Below, piece by piece: positions 28,182 through 37,639 of a DNA stretch of 64,000 nt (the stretch's first letter is position 1; each line of letters opens with the position of its first letter). The position numbers and the translations under genes are program-made. The DNA comes from an uncultured Clostridia bacterium (GTDB lineage: Bacteria > Bacillota > Clostridia > Lachnospirales > Cellulosilyticaceae): assembly GCA_937921505.1 (NCBI GenBank), contig CAKZUB010000010.1, positions 25,633 through 89,632 on the forward strand. The letters run 5' to 3'. The notes beneath the pieces are model-generated. The model was not told where the DNA came from, did no database searches, and saw nothing but the letters and a program-made list of their open reading frames with translations.

Positions 28182-30719
28182 ATGATAGATTATATTGAAA
28201 TTAAAGGAGCAAGAGAAAATAATCTTAAAAATATTACGGTTAGAATACCTAAAAACAAACTTGTTGTATTAGCAGGACCATCAGGGTCAGGCAAGTCAAC
28301 CGTTGCAATGGATATATTGCAAAAAGAGTGTCAAAGACAGTATATGGAGTCTATGAATCTGATAACTGACGGTATAACTAAACCACAAGTAGATGCCATT
28401 GTTGGATTATCTCCTTCTATAAGTGTTGGACAAACCCTGTCTAATAAGAACCCAAGGTCTACTGTAGGCACTGTAACAGAGATTTATACTTATTTGCGTG
28501 TTTTATATGCAAAACTTGGAGAAAGGGTTTGCCCACATTGCAGCACACTTATTAAGCCTTCTTTTGAAGAAGATAGTGAAGATGATTTTGAGGAACTTAG
28601 AACCACTTGTTGTCCTAAATGCAGTACAAAGATAACAGAACTTACTATGTCTCATTTTTCTTTTAACAAACCAGAAGGGTTTTGTCCTACCTGCTCTGGG
28701 CTTGGGTATATAGGTAAACTTAACTTAAAACATATTTTAGATGAAGAACTAACAATTAAAGACGGTGCAGTAAAGGGCTTGGAAAGTCTACTCGTATACC
28801 ACTATACCACTTGTTTAGAAAATGCAGGTAAACACTATGGTTTTAAGTTTGATACTTCAAAACCTGTTAAAGCATATAATCAAATTGAAAAGGATTTATT
28901 TTACTATGGTGCTGAAAGTGAAGTCTTTAGCAAACATTTCCCAAATCATAAAGCACCCAAAACAGTTACTTTAGGGAAGTTTGAAGGTATTATCACAAGT
29001 ATGAACAGAAAGTATAAAGAAAGTGAGGCAAATCCGAGCGCAAGCAAAAAAGTACAAGAGTATTTTCAAAAAGCAAAATGTGAGGATTGCAAAGGGGAGC
29101 GGTTAAACAAGGAAACAAGGGCAGTAACCATTGATCATAAAACCATTATTGAAGCAGCCAATCTTTCGATGGGTGCACTGCTTAAGTGGCTTACAAGCTT
29201 ATCTTTTAAATACTCAGACTCCAAAAGTATTATTATTAAGAGTATTATCGGTGATTTAACGCAGAGAATACAAGCTTTACTTGATATTGGACTTAATTAT
29301 TTATCAATTGATAGACCAATCATGACTTTATCAGGAGGAGAAGCGCAAAGGCTAAGACTTGCCTCACTATTAAATTCAGGATTAACAGGCGTTATTTATA
29401 TATTAGATGAACCGACAATGGGACTTCATTCTAAAGATACAAATAAGCTCATCCAGTCTTTAAAGAAGTTACGCGATATGGGTAATACAATATTAGTGAT
29501 AGAACATGATACTGACTTTATAAAACAAGCTGATTATATTCTTGACTTTGGGCCCTATTCGGGAGATAAGGGCGGATATGTTGTAGCTGAAGGAACTCCG
29601 CTTCAGCTTATAGAAAATAAAGAGTCTGTAACAGGAAAATATTTAAGTCAAGAAAATAAGTTTGTTAAAGAGAAAACTAGACCTATACATAAAGAAGCTG
29701 GGATACAAATTATAAATGCATATGAACATAATCTAAAGCATATTAACCTAAATATCCCATTACACGGCATAGTATGTTTTACAGGCGCCTCAGGATCAGG
29801 AAAATCAACTTTAGTTTTTGATGTACTTGATAAAGCCTTAAGTAGTTATTTAAAGGATGAGAGTGATCAGGCAATAAAATATGATGCGGTTAAAGGGCTT
29901 GAAACAATTGATAGAGTTGTCACAGTTTATCAGTCAGCTATAGGGAAGTTATCTCGCTCTAATATTGCTACGTATACAGAGACATTTACACTTATTAGAA
30001 CGCTTTTTTCAAATTTAAAAGCATCAAAAGACGAGCAGCTCTCACCCAAGCACTTTTCTTTTAATGTTCCTGGCGGAAGATGTGAAAAATGTCAGGGGCT
30101 TGGTAAGTTAAGCTTAGATATGCATTTTCTACCAAATGTTGAAGTGCCATGCCCTGTTTGTAAGGGTAAGCGGTTTAAAAAAGTCGTATTAAAAGTAAAA
30201 TATAAAGGTTATAGTATCACAGATATTCTTAATTTAACTGTAGCAAAGGCTATAGAGGTATTTGAGGATAAAAAAGAAATTCAAAATAAGCTAAAGCTGC
30301 TTGAAGAAATAGGACTTGGATATCTTACGCTAGGTCAGTCAACAGCAACTTTATCAGGAGGGGAATGTCAGAGGATTAAACTTGCTAAAGAACTTAGCAA
30401 AAAGGTCAAGGGACATACACTTTACTTATTAGATGAGCCTACTACGGGGCTTCATCCAAGAGATATCACAAAGCTGATCTGCCTCATAGAAAAACTTGTA
30501 GATGAAGGGAATACGGTTATCATCATAGAACATAATTTAGAGCTTATTAGCCAGGCTGACTGGATTATCGATTTGGGCCTAGAAGGTGGTGATCAAGGCG
30601 GCGAAATTATATTTGAAGGAACACCGCAGATGATTCAAAGTAGTTGTGAATCATATACGGGGAGATACTTAAAAGGATTCATTGAAGGAAGAATAGAAGC
30701 AAGAATAGAAGCACTATAG
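28182..30719 (+). CDS. Class II UvrA-like ATPase (UvrA2/DrrC-like)
   Basis: GARENNLKN, two Walker A motifs, two LSGGE signatures, CxxC zinc fingers; 845 aa and appears to lack the UvrB-binding insertion after the first CPHC. Confidence 0.88.
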   Translation: MIDYIEIKGARENNLKNITVRIPKNKLVVLAGPSGSGKSTVAMDILQKECQRQYMESMNLITDGITKPQVDAIVGLSPSISVGQTLSNKNPRSTVGTVTEIYTYLRVLYAKLGERVCPHCSTLIKPSFEEDSEDDFEELRTTCCPKCSTKITELTMSHFSFNKPEGFCPTCSGLGYIGKLNLKHILDEELTIKDGAVKGLESLLVYHYTTCLENAGKHYGFKFDTSKPVKAYNQIEKDLFYYGAESEVFSKHFPNHKAPKTVTLGKFEGIITSMNRKYKESEANPSASKKVQEYFQKAKCEDCKGERLNKETRAVTIDHKTIIEAANLSMGALLKWLTSLSFKYSDSKSIIIKSIIGDLTQRIQALLDIGLNYLSIDRPIMTLSGGEAQRLRLASLLNSGLTGVIYILDEPTMGLHSKDTNKLIQSLKKLRDMGNTILVIEHDTDFIKQADYILDFGPYSGDKGGYVVAEGTPLQLIENKESVTGKYLSQENKFVKEKTRPIHKEAGIQIINAYEHNLKHINLNIPLHGIVCFTGASGSGKSTLVFDVLDKALSSYLKDESDQAIKYDAVKGLETIDRVVTVYQSAIGKLSRSNIATYTETFTLIRTLFSNLKASKDEQLSPKHFSFNVPGGRCEKCQGLGKLSLDMHFLPNVEVPCPVCKGKRFKKVVLKVKYKGYSITDILNLTVAKAIEVFEDKKEIQNKLKLLEEIGLGYLTLGQSTATLSGGECQRIKLAKELSKKVKGHTLYLLDEPTTGLHPRDITKLICLIEKLVDEGNTVIIIEHNLELISQADWIIDLGLEGGDQGGEIIFEGTPQMIQSSCESYTGRYLKGFIEGRIEARIEAL

Positions 30720-30727
30720 ACTCATTT

Positions 30728-30770
30728 AAAAGAAGTCTAAGCCTATCATGAATATGCTTAGACTTCTTTT
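30728..30770. terminator. Bidirectional terminator
   Basis: AAAAGAAGTCTAAGC / GCTTAGACTTCTTTT. Confidence 0.85.
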
Positions 30771-30799
30771 GAATTGCAATTTTGTTAATGAATAAACGT

Positions 30800-32113
30800 T
30801 TAAGGCTGTACGCCTTCTACTTTTAATATAGCTTGAATTTTCTTGGCACAAAGGTCTCTTGGCACTACGTTTTCCTTTATACAAAGTGCTGCAGCAATAC
30901 CAACAGCGTGCCCCATATTAACACATATAGGCATTACTCTGTAATTAGAATGGGCTAAGTGTGTGCCGGAAATATTTCGGCCAGCAAGCAGCAGATTATC
31001 AATTTTTTGAGGTACAAAACAACCATATGGAATAGTGTAGCCTTTTGGTTGTGTAAAATGTTTTTGGGCTCCTGTTTCATCAAGCCCACTTCCGGAGATG
31101 TTATGCACATCAAAATTAAAATGAGCCTTTGTTACAATCCAATCCTCAAAAATTTTAGCTTCAAGGATATCCTCTTTAGTTAAAGTATATTCACCAATGA
31201 AGTGCCTTGTTTCTCTCACACCGATGACAGAAGCGGAGCTTATTGGGAAACAGTTTTCGTATCCTGGTACAAAATCTCTTAGAAACTTTATAATAGGAGT
31301 CATCTGGCTGCGGCATACAAAAGTGGCATGTGTTAAATCTTCAGCTTTGGTGCCATCTACCCCGATACAATTGGTCATATTACAAGATACAACACCTGGT
31401 AATGTGGTGCGGTAGAGAAGAACGTGACCTGCGGGGTGAGGAATGTTTGCGCTGCCTAAGTTTTGAATAAGTCCACGAGGTATTTCAATATTATCTTCAA
31501 ATCCACCAGGAAAAACAGCTTTAGAAGTATCTACGCCAGCTACCTTAAACATTAAGGTCATAGGCTGCATTTTTCCATCATCTTCTCGGCCTTTGATAAA
31601 AGGAGCACCAGCCTTAGCAGCAATATCACCATCTCCCGAAGCATCGATTATAATTTTAGAATAGATGACTTCTCGGCCTGATTTACTCTCGGTAATAATA
31701 CCTTTAAGGGTGGAATCTTCAACAATTGCATCACTAGCAAAAGTATAAAGTTGCAAAATAACACCCGCCTCATCCAGCATTTGAAGCATCACTGTTTTGA
31801 GTGTTTCGGGATTGATTATTTGTCTGTAAGAACCATTGTGGCTAAGGCTCTTGTTTTCTTCGGGTAGCTCAGAAGATCTATCTAGTAATTCTTCATAAAA
31901 GCCACCCTTGGTGTTACCTGTCCAATGGCTCATGAGTCCCGTAGTTGCAACGCCGCCTACGTCACCAGCTTGTTCAATAAGCATCGTTTTCATGCCACGC
32001 CTCGCGGCAGATATAGCAGCAGAAAAACCAGCAGGGCCCCCTCCGATTACAAGAACATCAACCTCTGCCTTAATAGGAATTTGTTTTGCAGCTTCCTCGT
32101 AATAATTCATCAC
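30800..32113 (-). CDS. FAD-dependent oxidoreductase (FAD_oxidored type)
   Basis: VIGGGPAG, GGVATTGL, DASGDGD, GVRETRH, AGRNISGTHLAHSNYRVMP. Confidence 0.88.
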   Translation of the reverse strand: MMNYYEEAAKQIPIKAEVDVLVIGGGPAGFSAAISAARRGMKTMLIEQAGDVGGVATTGLMSHWTGNTKGGFYEELLDRSSELPEENKSLSHNGSYRQIINPETLKTVMLQMLDEAGVILQLYTFASDAIVEDSTLKGIITESKSGREVIYSKIIIDASGDGDIAAKAGAPFIKGREDDGKMQPMTLMFKVAGVDTSKAVFPGGFEDNIEIPRGLIQNLGSANIPHPAGHVLLYRTTLPGVVSCNMTNCIGVDGTKAEDLTHATFVCRSQMTPIIKFLRDFVPGYENCFPISSASVIGVRETRHFIGEYTLTKEDILEAKIFEDWIVTKAHFNFDVHNISGSGLDETGAQKHFTQPKGYTIPYGCFVPQKIDNLLLAGRNISGTHLAHSNYRVMPICVNMGHAVGIAAALCIKENVVPRDLCAKKIQAILKVEGVQP

Positions 32114-32276
32114 TAAACTCCTCTCAAAATAGATTGATATGATTCAATTTATAGAGAAACAACATATAAACCTAAGTTATTCATCTATGAATAAATCAAA
32201 ACATCGTCTTAAGAATAGTATAATGAATTATAAAAAAAGTTGTTTGGAAAATATTTTGATAAAGATAGGATAATTC

Positions 32277-33218
32277 TTAGGTATTTCTTTCTCTATATTC
32301 TTTTGGCGTAAGACTGGTAGCGTTTTTGAATACTTTGCCAAAATAACCTACATCATTAAAACCTACTTTAAGGCCTATCTCAGTAATTGTTTTAGAGGTT
32401 AAATCGAGAAGCTCTTTAGCATTTTGTATGCGGATATTATTGATATATTCAGTAATACTGCTATTTGTTTTTTCTTTAAAAAGATGACTAAGGTAAGTGG
32501 TATTACAGTAGCTGTTTGAAGCTAGAAGATCAAGTGTAAGCTCCTGTGAGTAATTAGCTTTAATAAATCGAATCGTATTATTAATAATAAAGTTATTTTT
32601 ATGAACACCAAGCAGGGCTTCTTCTTCATTAGAAGTGCTTTTTTCTAAAGCTTCTTTAAAAGTAAGACAAAAATTATCTGCTAACATCCCAATGTAGCAA
32701 TTTAATGCTTGGGTGTTAAAATTAACTTCTCTTGTAGCCGTTAGAAACTGCTTTTGGGTTTCCTCTAAAGAAAGTTTATAAAGTTTAGTAGGTTCTTCGA
32801 GATTTTTCTTTGAAGAATCTAAGTCACTATAAAACTGCCCCACACAAATAATAGCAATAAGTTTAGTATCACAACGTACAGGAAATACAAATTCTTCTAC
32901 ACCCATATAACAACTGCCGTAAAAAGGAGAAGTTGCTTTTTGACATTTTTTACAGAGCTTCTCTTTATTTTCTACACACCGTTTTAAACAACGGTCATTT
33001 TTTTTGATATGATTACAAAAAGCATTATTATGATATTGATGAGAGAGAATTACTTTTTCAAGAGAAGGTGCTAAAGAGCTTATCCCAACTACATCATGAA
33101 TATTAATGCGTACATTAAAGAGAGCCTCTATATGAGAGACATAATGTTCTATAAGATCTGGTTTATTTTCGTGAAGCTCCTCAAGTGCATGAGTTATTAA
33201 TTTTTTATCCATGATCAA
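32277..33218 (-). CDS. AraC-family regulator with PocR-like domain
   Basis: HNNAFC...CYMGVEEFVFPV; GFNDVGYFGKVFK. Confidence 0.88.
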   Translation of the reverse strand: MIMDKKLITHALEELHENKPDLIEHYVSHIEALFNVRINIHDVVGISSLAPSLEKVILSHQYHNNAFCNHIKKNDRCLKRCVENKEKLCKKCQKATSPFYGSCYMGVEEFVFPVRCDTKLIAIICVGQFYSDLDSSKKNLEEPTKLYKLSLEETQKQFLTATREVNFNTQALNCYIGMLADNFCLTFKEALEKSTSNEEEALLGVHKNNFIINNTIRFIKANYSQELTLDLLASNSYCNTTYLSHLFKEKTNSSITEYINNIRIQNAKELLDLTSKTITEIGLKVGFNDVGYFGKVFKNATSLTPKEYRERNT

Positions 33219-33315
33219 TCAATCCTCTTTAAATAAATACTCGTTTAGCTTATAGTATACCAAAAGTGAAAAGGTTAGTATATCTCGTAATAATCTCGGA
33301 AAAAACTCATTCTAG

Positions 33316-33495
33316 ACAAGTCTTTTAAAACAAGGTGAGATGTTTGTTGTAGAAGAAAAAGAATGGCATGTAGCCATATTAGAAGAAGATACAGAAGTTT
33401 TAATTATAGAAAACAAAGATACTTCAGACTCAAGTGTAACAGCAATTGATAACAAGCATATTAAAGAGGTATTAGGTGCTTTCAAAAGAGAGTGA
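33316..33495 (+). pseudogene. C-terminal half of a cupin-fold protein
   Basis: TSLLKQGEMFVVEEKEWHVAILEEDTEVLIIENKDTS...; preceded by an in-frame TAG; first cupin motif missing. Confidence 0.55.
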
Positions 33496-33533
33496 TTTTA
33501 GAATGATAGGTTAGATTATTGTAGTTTTCATAT

Positions 33534-33583
33534 AAGGAAATCTCTTGGGGTATTTTAATAGGTACCTAGAGGGGTTTCCTTTT
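33534..33583. terminator. Terminator hairpin
   Basis: AAGGAAATCTCTTGGGTA / TACCTAGAGGGGTTTCCTT. Confidence 0.65.
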
Positions 33584-33703
33584 ATACTAGACAGTCAAAA
33601 GTTCTCTAAAATAAAATAACCCTTTCAAGTAGATTTATGGTATCCTTAAGTTTCGACAAATAAGGGAGATAAATCTTTTGAAAAAGTTATTAAATTTATA
33701 TAA

Positions 33704-34117
33704 TTACTTAATATGAGTCATAGACATATCATTTCTTACAACTTTCATAGTGAGCTTATTTAATTTACCATCTATACGGTTAAGGCTATCTGCTAAACGT
33801 TCATCTGTATCAAACTGAACTTCTCTAGCATCAAATAAAGCCCCAAACTTTTCTGACATAGTGTTTTCCATACGGAGTTGTATATCTTTTATTTCTTTTT
33901 GGCCATTATCTAAAGCATTAAGTTTAATATTTAAGTTCTTTTGTCCAACGTCTAAAGCATCAAGACGTGCATTTACACCACCTATTTCAGACTTCATTCC
34001 ACCTATTTCAGACTTCATTCCGCCTATTTCAAATTTTATTCCACCTATTTCAGATTTCATATCTTGCATTTCACTGTACATCTTACTCATTAATTCAAAC
34101 AACTTTTCGCTTTCCAT
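33704..34117 (-). CDS. Coiled-coil protein with heptad repeats
   Basis: MKSEIGG-IKFEIGG-MKSEIGG-MKSEIGG; AAGGTTG RBS. Confidence 0.75.
   Translation of the reverse strand: MESEKLFELMSKMYSEMQDMKSEIGGIKFEIGGMKSEIGGMKSEIGGVNARLDALDVGQKNLNIKLNALDNGQKEIKDIQLRMENTMSEKFGALFDAREVQFDTDERLADSLNRIDGKLNKLTMKVVRNDMSMTHIK
33978..34060. repeat. 21-bp tandem repeat, about 4 copies (coding)
   Basis: CCACCTATTTCAGACTTCATT units. Confidence 0.9.
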
Positions 34118-34412
34118 TACATCAACCTTTCTAAAAACATTATCAGTTAAATATTTTTATTTTTACCAGAAAAGATTCTTCTTTTTTCTAAATTATCATT
34201 TCTAGAAATACATACGTTTGTTCGTAAATATGGTCTTATACACTTTAGATTATTATCTTCAAAATAACTTTTTATACTATCATTATTAGTTATCAGACAA
34301 AAAAGATAATATCATCAGCGAAGGATTATCTTTTATTATTTTAACACATACGCGCATGATTAACTATAAAGTATGTAGAAGTTACTTGATAAAGTTTTGA
34401 AGAAGTAGAGAA

Positions 34413-34452
34413 TTAGGGGACAGGTACCCAATAATGGGTACCTGTCCCCTAA
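34413..34452. repeat. Perfect 18-bp-arm palindrome, REP-like
   Basis: TTAGGGGACAGGTACCCA-ATAA-TGGGTACCTGTCCCCTAA between divergent genes. Confidence 0.8.
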
Positions 34453-34583
34453 AAATGAAATGATTTAATTAAAATAAGAAATAAGAATTTTAACATTGTC
34501 TTTCAAGCTTTTTCATGGATGAATAAATGATTTTGTGTTAAAATGAACAACATAGATTAAAAATAAACTAAAGGCGGAATAAT

Positions 34584-35321
34584 ATGAGGAACTTTAAGAT
34601 AGTAATCCAGTATGATGGCAGCAGATATAAAGGGTGGCAGATTCAAAAAGATAATGATTTAACAGTACAAGGTAAAATAAAAGCAGTACTCACTAAAATG
34701 GCAGAAAAGCAAGTAGAAGTCATAGGGTGTGACCGAACGGATGTAGGCGTACATGCACAAGAGTATATTGCAAGTTTTCATACAGACTGTGGTTTAAGCC
34801 AAGACATTATATTAGAGTATCTTTATGAGTTTCTGCCAGAAGATATCGTTGTAAAATCCATAGAAGAAGTAGAAGAAAGGTTTCATGCAAGATACAATGT
34901 AAAATCAAAGACCTATGTATACACAATAGATAATAACCCATTTAGAAATGTATTTAATAGAAAATATACTTACCACACAAACGATCAACTTGATATCAGT
35001 GAAATGAAAAAAGCAGCAGAGCTGCTTGTTGGCACCCATGATTTTCAAAGTTTTACAACACTTAAAGCAAATAATAAATCTACAGTTAGAACTATTAACT
35101 ATATGGATATTAGTACAAATGACGGAATCATAAAAATAGAAATGAACGCCAATGACTTCTTATGGCATATGCCAAGAATTATAGTAGGCATACTTTTAGA
35201 AGTAGGAGTGGGGAGATCAAAAGCAGTCAATATGCAAAAGATGTTAGAAGAGCAGCAAAAGCCAGAAAACGGACCCATAGCTAAGGCGAAGGGCTTATGT
35301 TTAACAAGTGTTAGATACTAA
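34584..35321 (+). CDS. truA: tRNA pseudouridine(38-40) synthase TruA
   Basis: YDGSRYKGWQ, RTDVGVHA, FHARY, GTHDFQSF. Confidence 0.9.
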   Translation: MRNFKIVIQYDGSRYKGWQIQKDNDLTVQGKIKAVLTKMAEKQVEVIGCDRTDVGVHAQEYIASFHTDCGLSQDIILEYLYEFLPEDIVVKSIEEVEERFHARYNVKSKTYVYTIDNNPFRNVFNRKYTYHTNDQLDISEMKKAAELLVGTHDFQSFTTLKANNKSTVRTINYMDISTNDGIIKIEMNANDFLWHMPRIIVGILLEVGVGRSKAVNMQKMLEEQQKPENGPIAKAKGLCLTSVRY

Positions 35322-35327
35322 AAATAC

Positions 35328-35372
35328 GATGTTCCAAAAGATGAGTTACACTTATCTAGGGAGCATCTTTTT
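35328..35372 (+). terminator. Intrinsic terminator
   Basis: GATGTTCC..AGAT / ATCT..GGAGCATC plus T-run. Confidence 0.55.
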
Positions 35373-35520
35373 ATTTAGCTATTAGAAACTGTAGTGGCGA
35401 GTACAAAGAAGGGGTTGCCAAAAATGAACAGCTGATAAGTTTTGATTTTTAATATGTAGGTCAAATTGAAATATTATAAATAGTAGCCTATAATAATTAA
35501 AAAAGAACAGGTGAACTTTT

Positions 35521-36123
35521 ATGCAAGTTAAAAAAGAAGACTTAAGAGAAAGTATTTTAGAAACGGCAGAAATTGAATTTTTAAAAAAGGGCTTTAAGGC
35601 TGCTTCGATGAGAAAGATAGCTCAAAAGTCTCATACAACTCTCGGAAATATCTATAACTATTTTAAAAGCAAAGAAGAGCTTTTAGATGCAGTAGTAGGC
35701 GATATACCAAGTCAAGTAGAAAATCTTTTAAGAGGCCATAAGACACATCCGGTAGATATTACAGATGCAAATGCTGTAAATAGGGCATTAGATGAAATGA
35801 ATCCAAGGGAATTAGGTATCGATATATTTCTTAATCCTAAATTTGTTATTTTAATGGAGGGGTGCAAAGATACTAAGTACCACAAGTATAAAGAAGAAAT
35901 GTTATTATTAGGCAAAATACATGTATTAGAACACCTTAAAAACGCAGAGCAGTATGAAAAATTTGTAGAGATTCTGGTGATGACTTTTTTCAATGGCATA
36001 TTGTTTATTGCTAAATCCTCCGGCAATATGGAGGAGGCAAGGAGTAATTTTATTAGGCTGTATAAACTCGTTTGCAGTGGCTTTATTAAAGAATGTGAGA
36101 TAGGGGAGAAGTATCATGATTAA
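35521..36123 (+). CDS. TetR/AcrR-family regulator
   Basis: GFKAASMRKIAQ..TLGNIYNYFKSKEEL. Confidence 0.9.
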   Translation: MQVKKEDLRESILETAEIEFLKKGFKAASMRKIAQKSHTTLGNIYNYFKSKEELLDAVVGDIPSQVENLLRGHKTHPVDITDANAVNRALDEMNPRELGIDIFLNPKFVILMEGCKDTKYHKYKEEMLLLGKIHVLEHLKNAEQYEKFVEILVMTFFNGILFIAKSSGNMEEARSNFIRLYKLVCSGFIKECEIGEKYHD

Positions 36124-36955
36124 AGTAGAGAACTTATATTTTGCATACCCAAAAAGTAAGGAAGATGTGCTAAAGGGATTAAACTTTGAGGTAAGTGAAG
36201 GAGAAATATTTGGACTTTTAGGCCCATCAGGAGCTGGGAAAAGCACGCTTCAAAAGATATTACTCGGTTTACTTAAAGGCTATAGAGGTAGTGCAAAGGT
36301 TATGGAGAGTGAAGTAAGTACTATCAAAACAAGCTATTATGATAAAATAGGCGTAGGCTTTGAATTTCCTAATCTTTATGAACAGCTTACTGTACTTGAA
36401 AATATGCAGACTTTTTCAAAACTGTATACAAAGCCTGTCAATATAGAGAGTTTGTTAAGAGATATTGGCCTTTATGAACATAGAGCTAAAAAGGTTTCTC
36501 AGATCTCTAAGGGTATGAAAATGAGACTTAATTTCTGCAGAGCACTTATTGGAACACCGGAGATTTTATTTTTAGATGAACCGACATCCGGACTCGATCC
36601 TAATAATATTGAAGTGATTAGAAAACTTGTCTTAAAACAAAAGGCACTTGGGAAAACAATTATACTTACAACCCATAATATGAGTTTTGCTGAACAAATA
36701 TGTGACAGAGTAGGGTTTGTTGTAGAAGGAGAAATCAAAAAGATAGGGACACCGGGGGCTTTAAAGAGTGAATACGGAGAAAATAAAATAGGTGTTAAGA
36801 TAGGCGACGTCGAACAGGAATTTAACCTAAAAGGTATAGCCGAGAACCAACTCTTTTTAAAGGCAATCGCTCAAAGTGACTTAACACAAATTTATACAAA
36901 ACAGCCTTCCTTAGAAAAGATATTTACCATTGTAACAGGGAGGGTGCTGGTATGA
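36116..36955 (+). CDS. ABC exporter ATP-binding protein
   Basis: GPSGAGKST, ISKGMKMR, FLDEPTSGLDP. Confidence 0.92.
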   Translation: MIKVENLYFAYPKSKEDVLKGLNFEVSEGEIFGLLGPSGAGKSTLQKILLGLLKGYRGSAKVMESEVSTIKTSYYDKIGVGFEFPNLYEQLTVLENMQTFSKLYTKPVNIESLLRDIGLYEHRAKKVSQISKGMKMRLNFCRALIGTPEILFLDEPTSGLDPNNIEVIRKLVLKQKALGKTIILTTHNMSFAEQICDRVGFVVEGEIKKIGTPGALKSEYGENKIGVKIGDVEQEFNLKGIAENQLFLKAIAQSDLTQIYTKQPSLEKIFTIVTGRVLV

Positions 36956-37635
36956 TGAACCTTAGCTGGCTCGCGCATGAAATGAGACTTCAGATGAAAA
37001 ATGGTTTATACGCTATTTATATTCTAGTTAATCTGATCTATCTTTTTTTACTAGGGTATGTGCCAGAAGAATTTAAAGAGTTGACTGTAAGTATCATTAT
37101 ATTTACAGACCCCACTATACTTGGGATGGTTTTTATTGGCGCTTTTATTTTGCTAGAAAAAGTAGGCGGTGTAACAGCTGGCATTGCGGTGAGTCCCTTA
37201 GGCGCTAGAGAGTATATAAGGGGCAAAGTATTTTCAATGCTTTTTATATCGCTTATTACCTCGGTCGTATTAGTGGTAGCCGTTAAAGGAATAGATTTCA
37301 ACGTCATTGGATTTATGCTCATAGTGATAGTAAGCAGTATGCTCTTTACAATGTGGGGGATTCTAATAGCAGTTTATACAAAAACTATCAACCAGTATTT
37401 GATGGTTATTATAGGATTTGGAATGGTTATTGCTGTTCCTTTATTAGATTATTTTAAACTCATAAAGCTACCAGTCAGCAGAATTATTCCTACGTACCAG
37501 ATTTTTTCACTTATAGAAAGGACGATAGCAGGAAAGAGCATGATAGGACTTGAGATTATAGCTTTATTAATATGGTTGATAAGTATTTATTTATTAACAA
37601 AGCGTCAAGTAAGTCAGAAGTTATTTAGGGGGTAG
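36952..37635 (+). CDS. ABC exporter permease (fluoroquinolone-export-like)
   Basis: About 6 TMs, FIGAFILLEK, VSPL..YIRGK. Confidence 0.75.
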   Translation: MMNLSWLAHEMRLQMKNGLYAIYILVNLIYLFLLGYVPEEFKELTVSIIIFTDPTILGMVFIGAFILLEKVGGVTAGIAVSPLGAREYIRGKVFSMLFISLITSVVLVVAVKGIDFNVIGFMLIVIVSSMLFTMWGILIAVYTKTINQYLMVIIGFGMVIAVPLLDYFKLIKLPVSRIIPTYQIFSLIERTIAGKSMIGLEIIALLIWLISIYLLTKRQVSQKLFRG

Positions 37636-37639
37636 GCGG

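Noticed and set aside
28182-30719. Canonical NER uvrA
   Set aside because: Shorter than typical, appears to lack the UvrB-binding region, no uvrB adjacent, and sits in a drug-efflux context; symbol withheld
33978-34060. 21-bp repeats as a possible CRISPR array or iterons
   Set aside because: Contiguous with no spacers, in frame within a coding heptad repeat, and no cas or rep genes
35390-35420. GTAG-type REP (GTAGTGGCGA..TTGCCA)
   Set aside because: Stem too short and no convincing second copy in the window
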